Position numbers and translations under genes: made by a program. Of a stretch of 64,000 nt of DNA, positions 26,501-41,082 are shown piece by piece. The number at the start of each line of letters is the position of its first letter. Within the stretch, counting starts at the first letter, position 1. Under the pieces are notes generated by a model. That model had not been told where the DNA came from and searched no databases. It saw only the letters and a program-made list of their open reading frames with translations. This DNA is from Lytechinus pictus (Eukaryota): the NCBI RefSeq assembly GCF_037042905.1, contig NC_087252.1:4774001-4838000 (forward strand), read 5' to 3'.

Positions 26501-29500
26501 ACATATATATTAATGTTCAGATGCCAATTTCTTCTTCTTCTCATTCATTAATTTGTTTTTGCATCTTTATGTAACAAATAAACATTTCTTGAAGTGTGGA
26601 GTCTAAATTTACTTCCTGAAAAAGATTTTTTTTTAATGTTTGCAATTATCATCAAGCTAATATTATTATGTACCAGACATTATACATTTCACCACATTCG
26701 CAGGTTTGGCCTATACATGTAAAATGGTAGCAATTGTGCGTGTGAACCTGAAGATCATTGCTAGCTGATAAAATATAATTCACTGGCATTTGCAGGTCAA
26801 TATCAAAATAGCTTAAAATTCAGCTCTTGTAATAAAGACTTGTACACATTTGGCTTGCCATATTCCAATTGTTCACAAGTTTGTTCATATCTTTATGAGT
26901 AGTTTTATGAAACAGACCCCTGGGTGCTATACTAAACATTGTGCTAAAAAATATTCTACTGGTTACCTAGTCAACTTAATTTGAATGAGTCTTATACTTT
27001 TTTTTCAGTATTAAAGTAACATTTAAAATATTTTTATTTAATATTGGTTGATTGACAATCAACTTGTTGGTGATGTACGATTCAAGAAAACAGGAATACA
27101 TGTACACAGTAAAGAGAATTTTATTTCTAAATAAAATCACCAAACAAAGATATAAACTTACCAAAAGAAGTCTCTCTGTGGTATTTTTTGATCCAGTCTG
27201 CCTGGACCTAAAGGATGAAATAAAAATATGAAATGTGAAATTATTCATCACAAAAAACAAAAGCAGGTTTCTGAGATCTTGAAAACAAAATATAACCAGT
27301 CATCTGGTGAAAAATTGCAACTTCGGAAATTGCTCCAAAAACTTGGCAAGCTTTGAAATAAAAGAGAAATGTAAAATATGTAAATGTCATTGCAAAAGCA
27401 TGTATATGCATCATGTGTTGATATTAAAAGAATAAAAATCTGAACAGTACTGAGAGAAACTTAATACCATATTTTGTCAGGAGATCTTGCGGATGAAATA
27501 CACCTTTTGCAAATTCACAATCACAAATGTATATTTAAAAAAAACAATGTCGTATTAAACAAAAAAATAATAATTAAGGAAAGTACATACATGTATAGTG
27601 TACATTTACCAGCCAAACATCACTTTAAAACATATTGTGAGCAAAACATGTGTGTACATCGACAAAATCAATGTTTTAGGCCTTATATACTGTAAGGCAC
27701 AAGTGTACAGAATGGTCACACTGTATTGGAAATTAGAACAACAATACTCTATAAAAAGTTCTCTCTCTACCAGACTACAGTAGACAATAACAAGTTCATC
27801 ATATGTCATGACCTAGTGTAAGGACACACTCCATTGTTAGTCTCAATTCAGGAGCACAGGATATTCTCACAAAATAATAAACCCCTATCAGACATTGAAC
27901 TCATGCTCTCATCACATTGGTGTTTTCTTGCAATCAAATGGATTTAATGCACACTATTCATATCAACAACTTTATTAGAATCCCTTTTTATAAAAATTTG
28001 ATATTGTTCTTGAGTTTGTGAATGAGACTAACTAGACCAAGTCAGCTGGCTCTGGTGTTTGTGTATGTGGGGATAGGAATGTGCAAAGCAGAGCCAGGTG
28101 TGGTCCATTTGAATTGTTCAGTGCTGAAAAAAAATGTACACCTACAGGTACATACATTTACATTGCATAGTATTTACCAAAAAACTCACTATATTTTTAC
28201 AACATGTACATTTGATGTTGTTTTGTCAGCGTACATACTGCAAAAAGTCAAATTTCCCATTTGGGAATAAAAAGAGGAGTGTATTATATGTTAGCATCGT
28301 TTTTTTTAATCAATGTACTATATATCATGATTTTTCGAGTACAATATAATGTAACCTTTGGAAGTAATTTGTTTGCTATTGAGAGATGATACTCCTAAAC
28401 ATTGCTTAATCAGCACGAGAAAATGATGCACTTCCGCCATGAATACTATACTTTAATTGATCCATCGCAATATACATGTACACTGTACTGCTACTAAAGT
28501 TTGACAGACAAAAAAAATCACAAAAATAATAAATAAGGAGATTGAAGAAAGGAAATTGAAGCAATAAATTCCCTTCAAATGGGATACAGTGTAGTATTCC
28601 ATTCGAAATGACAAAATAGCTTCAGTTTGAGAGATTGAAAGCTGGGTTTGTCGATGACATCAATAACAGATTCTCTTTCTATTTTATAAAACAAGTCATT
28701 TTCCAAAAATGTCCAAGTTCTTATCATCACAGCGATGATATATGATTAATATGGGTCATTATTGCTCAGTAAAATCCCAAAGGTCAATTAGATAATCTGA
28801 TGGTGTCAACTCATATCACATGTTGCTTGTTATATCTAATCCTGATAAATTGATATAATCCACCTCAGTCACAGAGGAGACTGTTCGGCCATGTTAACAC
28901 CCAGATGCTACATGGATATATGTATTTTTCTACTGCTACGTGTATCTAGACTTTGTTTGCGATGATGGGACCCACATGTACTTGTCTCTTCTGCAAAAAA
29001 TATGAAGCACTATAAATATCAAGGGTAAAAAATTAATACTGAATATACCTGTATGTAATTTTTTTTTTTTTTTTTGGGGGGGGCTAAGCTTTCAGCTCAC
29101 CAGCCCAACATACATGTACATTGTAGCTACATTATAACAGTTTACATTGGACCCTATAGAAATTTCAGGGGCTCTTTGGGGCTTTTCGGCGGCGAAGTCA
29201 CCCCAAGCCCCCATGTATTTTTTTTTAGAGATCAAGGCTTTTTGACTTGCGATAATACAATGAAGGCCTATTTGTTTTGACTGCAATATACCTGTTTGTC
29301 ACATCTTCTGGGAAGATCCTAATTTCAGGAATTTTCTCCTTTGGCAAGACGTAATCTAATTTGCAACGCTCAACCCAGGTACATGTCGGTATCAAATTAA
29401 ATGGGTGCCTGGCAGGCATTAATTCTTCTTAATTTTTGAGTGCTGAAATAATAAGGCTGTCAGGCTTTTAAAGCCAGGATAATGATATCCAAATTCCTAA

Positions 29501-30331
29501 CATATTGATGGATGTACTGAAATAGTAAATTATGAAATAGTCTGCTCACGTTTTCTCGCATCGTGTGTGATATTAACTTGATAAAAACCATGACATTCTA
29601 TTTCTAGACAACACCCTGAATAGATGAAGTTCATTAATATGCAAAGATAGAAAGCCAACAATCCACAAAACCTAGGGATTTTTCCACATTTACTCTCACT
29701 TCCATGCATTATGCATGCACAGTGTAAATAATACCAAGCGTTTAGAACATCATCCGTTGGTATTCTAAGCAGGCATAAAAAATTATTTTCAGTGGCTACT
29801 TTTTACAACTTACCGGTACTGCCTAAATCTGCAACATTGGATTAGCTTTAACATTGCAATGAATGGGGACTTCCAGGGCTCTTTGAGCATTTCAGGGGTG
29901 AAATTGACTGAGCCCCCGTGTATTTTTCCCCATAATTTCTGAGAGACCAATGCAGTTGGAACATACACCGTACACAGAACACCAAACAAAGTTTGAATAA
30001 TGTCAAAAAAACAAACAGAAATTACAGAGCACCAGCTGGTTTTGAACAAACTGGTGTAAAGTACATGTACTTTAAAAATTAATCAATTAATCAAATCAAT
30101 CAATCACTAATGAGTTTAATCAATCACTTTAATAATGAGTGAAACATGAATGGAAGAATGGATTGATAAAGGTAGGGTTGGATAAAGGGATGGATGGATT
30201 GATCAATGAATGAATGAAAAAGGGGAAACATCGGGGTCTGATTAAAAAAAAAAAGATTACTGAAATACTGATTCAATGAATCTTTTGACATACAAATTAT
30301 TTAATAAATAAACAAATGAAAAGAAACATAT

Positions 30332-33300
30332 GGTCATTTTCAAACATAAGTGGACATGGGGGTGAAAATTAAAACTTGCTAGAAATCAGTAGGCTTCAAT
30401 GGTTTTTTAAACTAGACATCTCAAAGTATGTTTTTCCATTTCATTTACATAAAATTATTCATTGTGTCTTGAAATACAGTGAATTTAGTGCAAGAGAAAT
30501 TTAATGTTACAAAATGCTGATTTTGGCATTAAAATTCACATATTGCCTATCACAATATAAAATTTGTATTAGAAGCATATTTGTTGGCAAGATACAAGCT
30601 CTGTATTGTATCTAACTCCTAAATAACAAAAACAAATTATCTGAAGTGTATTTCTGAAAAAAGTATATCTTTAAAATTTTCAAAACTGGTTGTCGTGTCA
30701 CTCACGTTTTAAAGACTAAAAGTTTTCTAGAGCGGTGTATTCTGAAAATTACTTTATCCCAGTACAGGAGCAAATACAGTTTTCCCATACCTTATTGTAT
30801 ATAAAGTAACTTGGTCCAATGTGTTAAGGTTAAGCTAAAATTAACTGTTAAAGTTGTGTCGTGTCACTCACAATGTCGTGTCACTCACGAAATGTCGTGT
30901 CACTCACGGTCTCATATTGTGTATAAAAAAGGACATCGAATAATTTTTAAAGCATTTTACGAGATAAATTCAGGGATGGAGTCAAAATGTTGTCCCTGAC
31001 ATCATTTAGGCCTATGTAAGGCTAATATTTTTATCTGTTTTCCCAACTTCACCCCTATCAATAGAAATATTGAATTTGACGTTGAGTTCATCTATTTTTT
31101 TCCTCTCCATGGTTTCCTCAGTTTCAAAAATCCTGACAACTTTCCATTCGTGTGAAGACTCAGATCCTAATTCATATTTTAATGATGTACTGAGATAAAA
31201 GAATATAATAACATAATCAATCAAAATGAATCAACACAAAATTATGAATATATCAAGAGAAAAACCACTATACATGTACATAGTAATTAACATATTTAAT
31301 ACAGTGCATAAAGATTTCGTGATGGTTCAAGTTAGTCAGGTATGACTTGAACGTGTTGAACATTCTCGGTCTCCATTTACGGAAATGAGCAGAACGTTCA
31401 CCTATCTTTTTAGGAATGTTATTTCTTTTTCTTACTAATTAAGAAAGGTTTAAAGCTAGCAAGGTCAGGGATCTTATTTTGAAATTTGCAGAAATACATG
31501 TAGATAAGATATTCTAAAGGTAGAAAAGTGTATAAAGAGATATCCGTGAACACCAAACATTCTTTCAAAATCAGAAAAAACTCTTTCCCTTCTGATTAAT
31601 TAAATTAGCCTTTTTTGCCACAAAGCTTGTATTTGAGGACATGAAATAATTTTTTTTTTGCAAGAACATCTCAGGTGAGAATATACTGAGATTTAAAAGA
31701 GCATTTTGGATGTTGCTTGAAGTAGCTACATGGTTCAAAATCATTCTTTGTTAGGCCACCATTCATACCACTAGTGATTAACTATGGTCTGCACAGCAAA
31801 CTACCGTGAGCAGGCCGATGTGGGTTCAGAGCAGATTTGCATTACACACATCAAATTGATAGAGTAAATTATGTATATGTAGGTCCCAACAAGTCCCAAC
31901 CAAGACCGAATTTGCATTTGAGCAACTTTGGTGAGTTGCCGTGTTTTGATGTAGATCAATTTTTCTTGGGGGTGTACCCTGGTTAGAACTGAGCTGGATC
32001 TCGTGGGGAAAAAGCTAGGCCATATGGAGGTATAGGGGGAGTATTTGATGGTTGGGGATGCTGAATTGAATTTCAGTGTAACATCCAAGGGCTCATCAAA
32101 GGAAAGGCTAATGACTTGTAGACTTGTAGATATAGGTAATACCAACAGACTGTGTTGTGGCTTTTTGCAAGAATCAGGTACTGACTATGCGTCTTTCACC
32201 TAGTGGCTTTCCATGTATTACCCATGGTTTGATTTATTATCAAATATGATAATTAGCAATGAAAAGCAGCTTGCAAGATTCCTGCTGAAAATCATAGCTC
32301 TGAATTTTGGTACAGTGCCTTTGGAGGGGTCCACTTACAAGCAGTGTTTAGGAGAAAACCAATGCTTGATGAGTTGAACTTGATCCCTATCAAAGTTTCT
32401 CAAGGATTTGCTAATAGTCCATCTGAAGTGTGCAGCCAAGTAACTGTGGTTTGGTACAGTGTACAAAAAAAGACATTGAAGCTGCCAAGTCCTATTTGGA
32501 CAATCCCTAAAATATTTAAGTAGGATAATATTGTAATCCAATATTTAAAGAAAAAGGAGTCATACATGACATCATTGGCTACCAGACCATGCCAGATGAT
32601 GCGAGTGACTATTGAGAATACCTTTCTTACAAGGAAAAGTTATTCCATCAGTTGTGGATGCTAAATTGTAAACCCGTAAACTGTCATGTACAGATAGGGA
32701 GAAAGAGTTAAAGTTTTGAATGAAATCAGGCCACAAAAAGAATGTTTGAGTTGATGTCAATGCCAAGACCACATAACACCTCCTTCAAGTGCCTCCTCCT
32801 CCAAAGAGGAGAGTGGTAGAAGCCCGAGTGTGACAATAATGCGGTATGCCTGGTATAGGGAATGTGAGTTGATGGGCAAATATGACCATAAACCAAGAAT
32901 AAATCATTAGGATGACACATTATCAACTTTGAAGAAGGTAGTTGTTATGTAATTAAGCTTGTTTTTTGGTTGATGGGATTTCACTCTTGTACATCATGCC
33001 AAAAATACTTTCGTTGTTGAGATAAATGTTGTATTTTTGCACTTGTCGTGTCACTCACGTTTTGGATGTCGTGTCACTCACGGTATATAGGAGGGCACCA
33101 TTTTCCATAGAGAAGGTTTGATTGATTCTGACTATATGTGCTAGATAGGTACACTATTTACGTACATGTATGGGTACTCACAGTACTCCTGGACAGCTAC
33201 TTGGGCACGAATCCAATCATAAGTGATAATGGTCAGAAACCCATGTCCGAAATTTGTCGTGTCACTCACGCATCATTTTTCAATCATATCTACTAAACAA

Positions 33301-33451
33301 ATTGTAGAATTCAAATCAAACTGGTAGTGGCCCATGCCAGTCCTACATTGTATATAATATAGTAGTCATGATTGATTCATAACCTTTAAGTTTAAAGATA
33401 TGAGCCCTTAACCCTCTCCGATTGTCGTGTCACTCACATTTGAAAATGACC
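30332..33451. mobile_element. 3.1-kb DNA transposon with GGTC termini, 4-bp TSD ATAT, eight direct 15-bp subterminal repeats and a decayed interior
   Basis: ATAT|GGTCATTTTCAAA ... TTTGAAAATGACC|ATAT; TGTCGTGTCACTCAC at 30691, 30857, 30874, 30893, 33044, 33067, 33255 and 33423. Confidence 0.85.
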
Positions 33452-35322
33452 ATATGGAATCAATTAGCATACATGTACACTATGAAAACAAACAAAAAAC
33501 CAAATTTGCAGTGAAACGTGAGCACGAAGCTCCCCTGAAAACGAGGTTGAAATGCAAGGCATTACAAATGCGAGAGGACCAGATGACTAAAGTCATCAAG
33601 CCCATGTCAGTTACTATTTGCTTCAATTGAGGAAATGGCCGATTTCGATCTAATCTCCAGATACGGTATACATGTACACCAAGTTCATTAGGAGCCATGT
33701 TGGGCATTACAGAGAGATCACACTCTCGCTGGAATGTGGACTTCTTCAGAGGAAATACAGGCTTCAACAGGTTCATCAAATTTGAATCAAATTGATGATT
33801 GGTAGGTATCAAGTGGTTGAAGTGGTATCAGGGAATATGTTGACTGTAGAACAGTTTCTACTTCCTATAAAGGATAAGATTAACATCTAAACCCTACAAG
33901 AGTATTATGACAATCTGAAAAGATAGAAGTAGATTTGAATGACATCTCTTCAGATTGAGTAATGTCACAACTTGAATTAATTTGATGATTGGTAACACAA
34001 AGTATCAGCAAGCATGTACCGTAGACAGAAAAATACATGGGCCATTACTTCCTACATGTACATATATATATATAAAGATTACAACCCTTTAATTAAAACC
34101 TACGAGATCATCATTTAAAAAAAATGTGAATAAGGAAGGGGTTGATTTGCGTGTCCTCTCAAGATCTATTAAAGACTAAATAATGTCACAAATAAGTAAA
34201 ATTCAAAGGCCAAGTGGACTCGTAAACTTCAAAAAAAGATTGAATACAGATTCTTGTAATACATGCAGTGCAGTATCTAGCTTTAAGAGTAGCAAGGAAA
34301 TTTGCATTTTTTTTCTCATCAAGGCAAATAGTAACATCAAGGCAAACAATAAAATAAGGGACAAATACTCTCAATGTTTTCTTTTAATATTTAATTTGAA
34401 GTAATATACATGTACTTGTAGATGTAGATCCTACAGCTCTTAAATATTTTAAACCAATCTGCAACATTTCCTGATATTGACAATACAAAACAGCCGCACC
34501 AAACTCAAGCCCCAATATTTTCGTGTACAGCTTTCTGTACATTGTTGATGCCAACATGTAATAATCTTGTGAAGACCTTTTAGAGAATCAAGGTTCTGGT
34601 AGCAAACCGATTACGAAGGACGTCCCATCAACCATCCCATTATCAAAGCAGTGTCAGAATCACTTTGTTGATGACATCCGTTGCCTGACGGGGTAATTAC
34701 TCTACCAAACTTGTGCACTATTTTGTTTGGTCATAGAATGGACATCACGTTTAATAGCAGAAAAGACCCTGATCGTCCAATATTCTATCATGTTACGATG
34801 AAAATTGAACCTCCAATATTGGATCATCATCAAGCATGTTAAGCAGTGCATACGAGGTTGCAATATTACAAAAATGTACAACATTATTTGATGGTGCGGC
34901 CACCCCCGCTCCGCGAACGCAGACAATCGTAACAAGCCTGTTAGGACAATATGTGGTCCCCATTTTGAAGGCTGATTTTTTTTTCAGATTCAGACAAGAT
35001 TCCCCCCCCCCCTTTAATCAAACTCACATCTAAGGTTATAATTTCATTAGATAGGGCCTTTAAGTTTCAACCCAAGCTTGTTCTTGTGGACTCATCCTAT
35101 TAACGGCTTCCAGTATACTTGATGGCATAGTGATGAGAGATGGTGAAGTTAATGAACACTAAATCTTTCATGCTGGTAAGCCACAGTTCTAACTGACTAC
35201 CCTCATCAGGAGCCCATCACCAAAAGCATGCGAAATGTACAACTTGTACATTTTACCATCCAATGGGATCCCTTGGGCCATTCTCATTTGAAAGATAGCT
35301 CATCGTAATGTTTCCTCCTCTT

Positions 35323-35600
35323 GATTCACACTGGAGCAAATCATCATGATCTTTCTGGACCCTTATTAAAACATCGAGGTCTTTTGAACACAATTGATTG
35401 CGCAATGGATTGATTTACCCGCACCCGGCTTGCTTTGCCAATGCGACAAATTTACACAAAACATCACTGATGAAAGAAAAACTGCAAGATGACTCACAAT
35501 GTTTCGTGCGGTCTTCATCGCCGAGTTTCGTGCGGGTTTTCTGTTCTCATCCAGAAAAACCTGCACGAATCCATGATTCACTGCCAGTGTGAATACCCCT
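35323..35600. mobile_element. Degenerate Harbinger-like MITE
   Basis: attcacactgg ... ccagtgtgaatacccct inverted ends; CpG-rich interior; no TSD readable. Confidence 0.4.
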
Positions 35601-38600
35601 CATGATTATACAAAGCATGTACATTACAGCATGTAAACTACACAAGCTTGTAAATTACAGTTTGTACATACTACACAAGCACAACAGTTTTAATTATCAA
35701 CATACAAAGTTTACAAACTACTAATTTTTTGTAGATTTTTTTATAATGGTACATGTTGACATCAAAATGAAAGAGAAGGTTGAATATTCTGACTGCAGAC
35801 TGCTTCAACAAATAAAGTCAACAAGTGTTGAAGATAACATTTCGGCACTTTGTTCTCTGGCCTGAAAATTAATGATTTATTCCATTTCTGTCAATCAGCC
35901 TATTTCAATCCCGCCAGTTGTAAACACTCCATGTTCAGACTATCTCTCAAGAACCGGGGGTTTTCCCTGTAACTTGAAAAATACCCCTGTGAAATAATGT
36001 GGATGCCTTTACAGGGATATACTGCCATTCATTTAAATTTGGGATTTGGAGCGACTTTGGGTGCAATATAGCCTACCTATTAAAAGTTTAAGTGACAAAT
36101 ATATCAGACAAAAAAATTGATGAAATATTTCCTTTAATAGTCCTCTTATGACTGCCTCTGACTATAAGAGACAATGTGAACTTAGGAAGGATCGCAAATA
36201 CTTCACTCTCCTTACACATTTCAATTAAGAATATTTTCAATTTGCCAACACCACCCTCTGACATATCCCAGACGAGAAATGAACAACGCGCCGCCTTTTC
36301 GCTATCACCTTCACCCTCAAGCCGCCCACTCTAATCCAATTTAGTCCTGAAAACGCTTCAAGCGTGGCACATCGAATGGAACAGTTTATGTAGCTTGAAT
36401 AATAGGCTTCTGAATGGAAATAATATGCTAGTTAAAAAGTGCAATAACTATTGTAGATCATGTACAAGTACATGTACGCTGTTCTTTAAAGTTTTTTTGT
36501 CCACAGATTCCAGAGAAATATTATCAAACTTTACAAACATTCATCAACCAAACCCTGTAATGTTGTGTTCTGGCCTTTCTCTTCAAATAGTTGTAACTTG
36601 TGAGCAAAGGGAATATTAACAGAACTTTATATAGAACTATCACAGAAATTCAAAACATAGATGTAGGCCCCAAAAAGCTTTTAAAGGGTCAATAGCAGAC
36701 ACTCCAATCTTAAAAACATGAAGGGCATTTTAATTATCCGTCAAGTCTATGTGAACATCTGAATTTTCAATTTGGGGATATTTAGCACCATCTTTTGGGT
36801 ATTATGAAGGGCCTTTTGAAGTCTGAACACAAATTCAGTAATTGTATATCAGAAAGCTAAACATGAAAATATATATCAATAAAGTATTTTTATACTTTTG
36901 AAAATTCACATTATTTTTTTAATTATTTGTTCGGACCACCGATCAAATAATAAAAGACATTAATTTTTAACCTAGCGGGATATTTGATTTAATATCAAAT
37001 TTGGTTTAAGATATTACACAAATCATTTCCATTAATTAGTTCCTGTTTGTGCAGTAGGTTCAATAGTTCCTTCTTTGAAGAAAAGAGATAGTCTTACCTG
37101 TACATCCTGTTCTGTTTTAATATCTTTAGTTCTTAGAATATACTGTAAACAAGCCATTACATTTTTTGTTTACTATTACTCAAAACTGCCATGTAAACTG
37201 AATTGTTTTATAGGTTTTAAGTATTTTACATACGGTACATGTGTCTTCATAGTTTTGCACAAACTCTAAAATAAAATCTGCAGTTTGGCATGAAAAGTCA
37301 CATAATTGAATTCATTTACATGTACTTCTGAAACATCACAGTATAAACAGTTTTCTTTTTTTTTAACTGCTGTTTTTATACTATTTATGAACTTTACATT
37401 ACAGTTTTAAACAAGTTTTAAACATGTAACTTATCAATATTTAATCTTCAATAAATTACATGTATACGTGGTTGTTAAACCGTTAAACAATGGCTATAAA
37501 GGTCATTATTATCGTTTTTACTTTGATCCTTCTTACATGTACATAATTTTTAAAAAATCCCTGGTCTGAATAGGTGATGATATTGTTTATACTGTCATAT
37601 TATGCTACTAGTTTCCTCTCATTCTAACAACACAGTTCCCCATTCACTATATATGAAGGACAATTCCTGTTTTCTACAATCCACTTTGCTGCTGTCATAA
37701 TACACTATATGATTGCACTATACCTGTAGGTCAGCGAAACGATATTATTCAATCAACTCTTTGCACACACAATAAAAATAACTATAAAGAATGTAAATTT
37801 GTATACAAAGGCCGACGTGTACCCTACATGTGGACACACCTCTGACTTATCCTACATGTATTTTGATTTAAGTACAATAATAATACAAATTTTAAGATAT
37901 ACAAATAATAAATTCAAGCCAAAAGCCAGGGGGGTTGGGGATTAGATTGAACCCCCTAAATTTTTAAAAGCAAGAAAAAATAGGGGATGAGACCAGAGGG
38001 CGAATTGGGAATTAGTTTTTGCTAATACCTTTTTTTTGCTTGTCAATTTTTTTACCTGGCTATGGGCCTAAAACAGCAAATAAAATGAAAGCCACTTTCA
38101 TGATGCATGATTATTCGTCATATCTAGAAAACATTTTGAACAAACATGCATTTCAGGTGTAGACACTGCTGGCTTTCCATAGTTACGATTGATCGGGTAC
38201 GATTGAATTGATCAATTGTAACTCTTTGTAAGACAGGGGGGGGCTGGACCTGGTATTTTCTTAATAGAGGGGGTGTGAGAGAACCTAACCAACATCTTGA
38301 ACTTTGTGAGGTCAAAGGCCACCAATACACTCCTTACCAAGATCTTTATCCTCAGATTGGTAGAACCTAGTCTACACACACACAGACCCTGGTGTAAACT
38401 TTAATCAACAGATGGGCCTTGGCAACAACCCCAACATAAGATCTTACTTGTTGTTTGTATCTCAGGGTTTGGTACACGATTAAATCTAGCCCAGGACTGC
38501 AGGCTGAAGATTCCGACCATTTTTGCTTGTTTCGACAAATCTAGGCCTCTGTGTTAGTGTCTGCATGAAACTACTAGAGGTCTATGGTGTCTGCAAGCGA

Positions 38601-40337
38601 GACAGACCTTTGTACACACTGCAAACCTACAATGTACTATGTACACCGTGCCAGGGTTTTCAGTCTATAAGGATACTCTGCATTGTGCTGCATAGGTCTG
38701 GTGGTCGACCTGTTATGATATGGTGGTATTGGTACAATGAACTTTGAATGGAGAACTATCTCCATGTACATTGTACATGGTTGACTGCATTGACTATACC
38801 AAGTACGTGTAGTGTACACACCATATACATGTACACAGGACTCAGCTCTGTCTTGTGTAAAACGGTATCTGGATGTCCCAAAGTAATGGAAAAGTAAATG
38901 TACATGGAGGGTTGATTTTACTCAAATGTATAGAATGGGAATAGCATTTCCCCCACAAGTGTATTAAGGATAAAAAGAGCTCAGAATGGTCTAAATTCAG
39001 ATCATCCTCAAAATTAAGAAAGTCCAGCCCCTGTGAAAATTTTCCACTGTACCGATTAAACCAAAGTACATGTACATGTTTGTGAACAATGCTCAGTATT
39101 AAAGGCAGGTACACTAGTATACAGGGCATGTACATACATACTATAAAACTCATACATGTATATGTATATTCACAGAAGTACAGCAGCTGCATTTCAATAA
39201 CTTTTGAGTAGGCCTACATGTATATGATTGCATTCAAGTGCTTTGGGTCAGGTGTGTTGTGAAATAGTTTGAAGAATATGCCCTTTTTACCCTACAGATG
39301 ACAATGAAATGTAGCATACCATATAATCACTCAAAAATCTACAACATATACCCAGATCTACATTGTTCTGTATACATGCAGGTCATTTAATATGCATTTG
39401 CTGGTTTTATACTATACAATGTACATTGCTAACAATGTGAGTACAGGATGCATACACATACAAATCCTACAAGTGAGAGGGAGCAGTACATTTTGCCATG
39501 AACTCAAAGTGTAAACAAATCAAAACAAACCCCAAAAACACCAAAAATAATGTGAACAATTTGCATTTTCTGGTCAGCTCAGTAAGAGTGGAGAAGAACT
39601 TACAATTTCTTCTTCTTTTTTTATACCAATTTAACAATGGTACCAAATTCAGCAGAAATGTTAAATGTCAGGGAATAATTTTGCTTTACAAATTTGAATA
39701 GCATTTTTGGTCATTAAAGAAAAGCTCTCAACTATTAAAAACTAATGTACAGTCCTATGTAAAAATACATGTATGCAACACAAAAGACTTTATGCATAGC
39801 AGTCTTTCAAAAATATGGAGCAAATTGCGATGCAATACCAGGAAAATTATTCCCGGAATGTACATGTACTGTAGGCATAAATACAGAACTGTGTCTCTGT
39901 GTGCACAGGTAAATATAGGCCTAGGCCTTTGATGAAGAGAAAATAATACTGACAGGCTGTGGATTCATTCATTCTACTCCAGATAAAATAGCCATGAATG
40001 ACAGAAGAATAATAGCCCTTTGTCTCTCCCTCACACCCCATTGCATTCATAGAGGTGTGGCCATTACAACCTCTTTCTAGTCTTTTTCTCAGACCTTCAT
40101 AAAACAGCTGCAGTATTCACAGGTGCATACAACTCTCTGTACAATTCATCTGACATTGTGAGAAGCCTATCTACTGGTCATGATTGATACAGTTTTATCT
40201 GACAGTTGTGTTTGTTTTCATTTGTAGATTGAATACAATGATAACACAAATTAGTACAGTCTTGATATCATCCCATTATCAGCAGTCCTTTCAGGCTGTA
40301 ACATAGGCCGACATACTGTAGAGCATAAATGTAAATG

Positions 40338-41082
40338 TCCTTAAATACATGATGTAGACCTACATGTATGTTACTAAATTTCCTTAAAGGTAAAGTCCAC
40401 CTCAGAAAAATGTTGATTTGAATCAATAGAGAAAAATCAGACAAGCACAATGCTGAAAATTTCATCAAAATCTGATGTAAAATAAGAGAGTTATGACATT
40501 TCAAAGTTTCGCTTATTTTTAACAAAATAGTTATATGAACGAGCCAGTTACATCCAAATGAGAGAGTCGATGATGTCACTCACTCACTATTTCTTTTGTT
40601 TTTTATTGTTTGAATTATACAATATTTCAATTTTTACGAATTTGACGATTAGGACCTCCTTGCCTGAAACACAAAATGTTAAAATAATGGAATTCCACGT
40701 GTTCAGGGAGGAATGAAACTTCATTTCACATGACAACGACGAGAAAATAAAAATATTTCATATTTCATATAATGAAATACAAAAGAAATAGTGAGTGAGT
40801 GATGTCATCAGTTCCTCATTTGCATACCGACCGAGATGTGCATATAACTGTTTTGTGAAATGAAGCAAAACTTTAAAATGCCATAACTTTCTTATTTTAC
40901 ATCCGATTTTGATGAAATTTTCAGTGTTATGCTTGTTGAATTTTTCTCTTTTTATTCAAATCAAGTTTTAGTTGGGGTGGACTTGTCCTTTAAATACCTG
41001 ATGTAGACCTACAATGTACATGTACATGTATGTTACTAAATTTCCTTAAATATATGATGTAGACCTACATGTATGTAACTAC
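40338..41082. repeat. Three-unit tandem repeat (about 44 bp) interrupted by a MITE
   Basis: Unit tccttaaata.atgatgtagacctacatgtatgttactaaatt; the MITE sits in the TTAA of unit 2. Confidence 0.75.
40388..40989. mobile_element. TTAA-targeting Kolobok-like MITE, intact (602 bp)
   Basis: TTAA|AGGTAAAGTCCACC ... GGTGGACTTGTCCT|TTAA; inverted arms of about 150 bp. Confidence 0.9.

Noticed and set aside
33480-33812. ORF containing FPLKK, reminiscent of the vertebrate LARG N-terminus
   Set aside because: A five-residue match with no convincing flanking splice sites; probably chance.
37090-37130. Strong minus-strand CAG|GTAAGA as a ratchet point
   Set aside because: No polypyrimidine tract before the AG; at most an unsupported donor.
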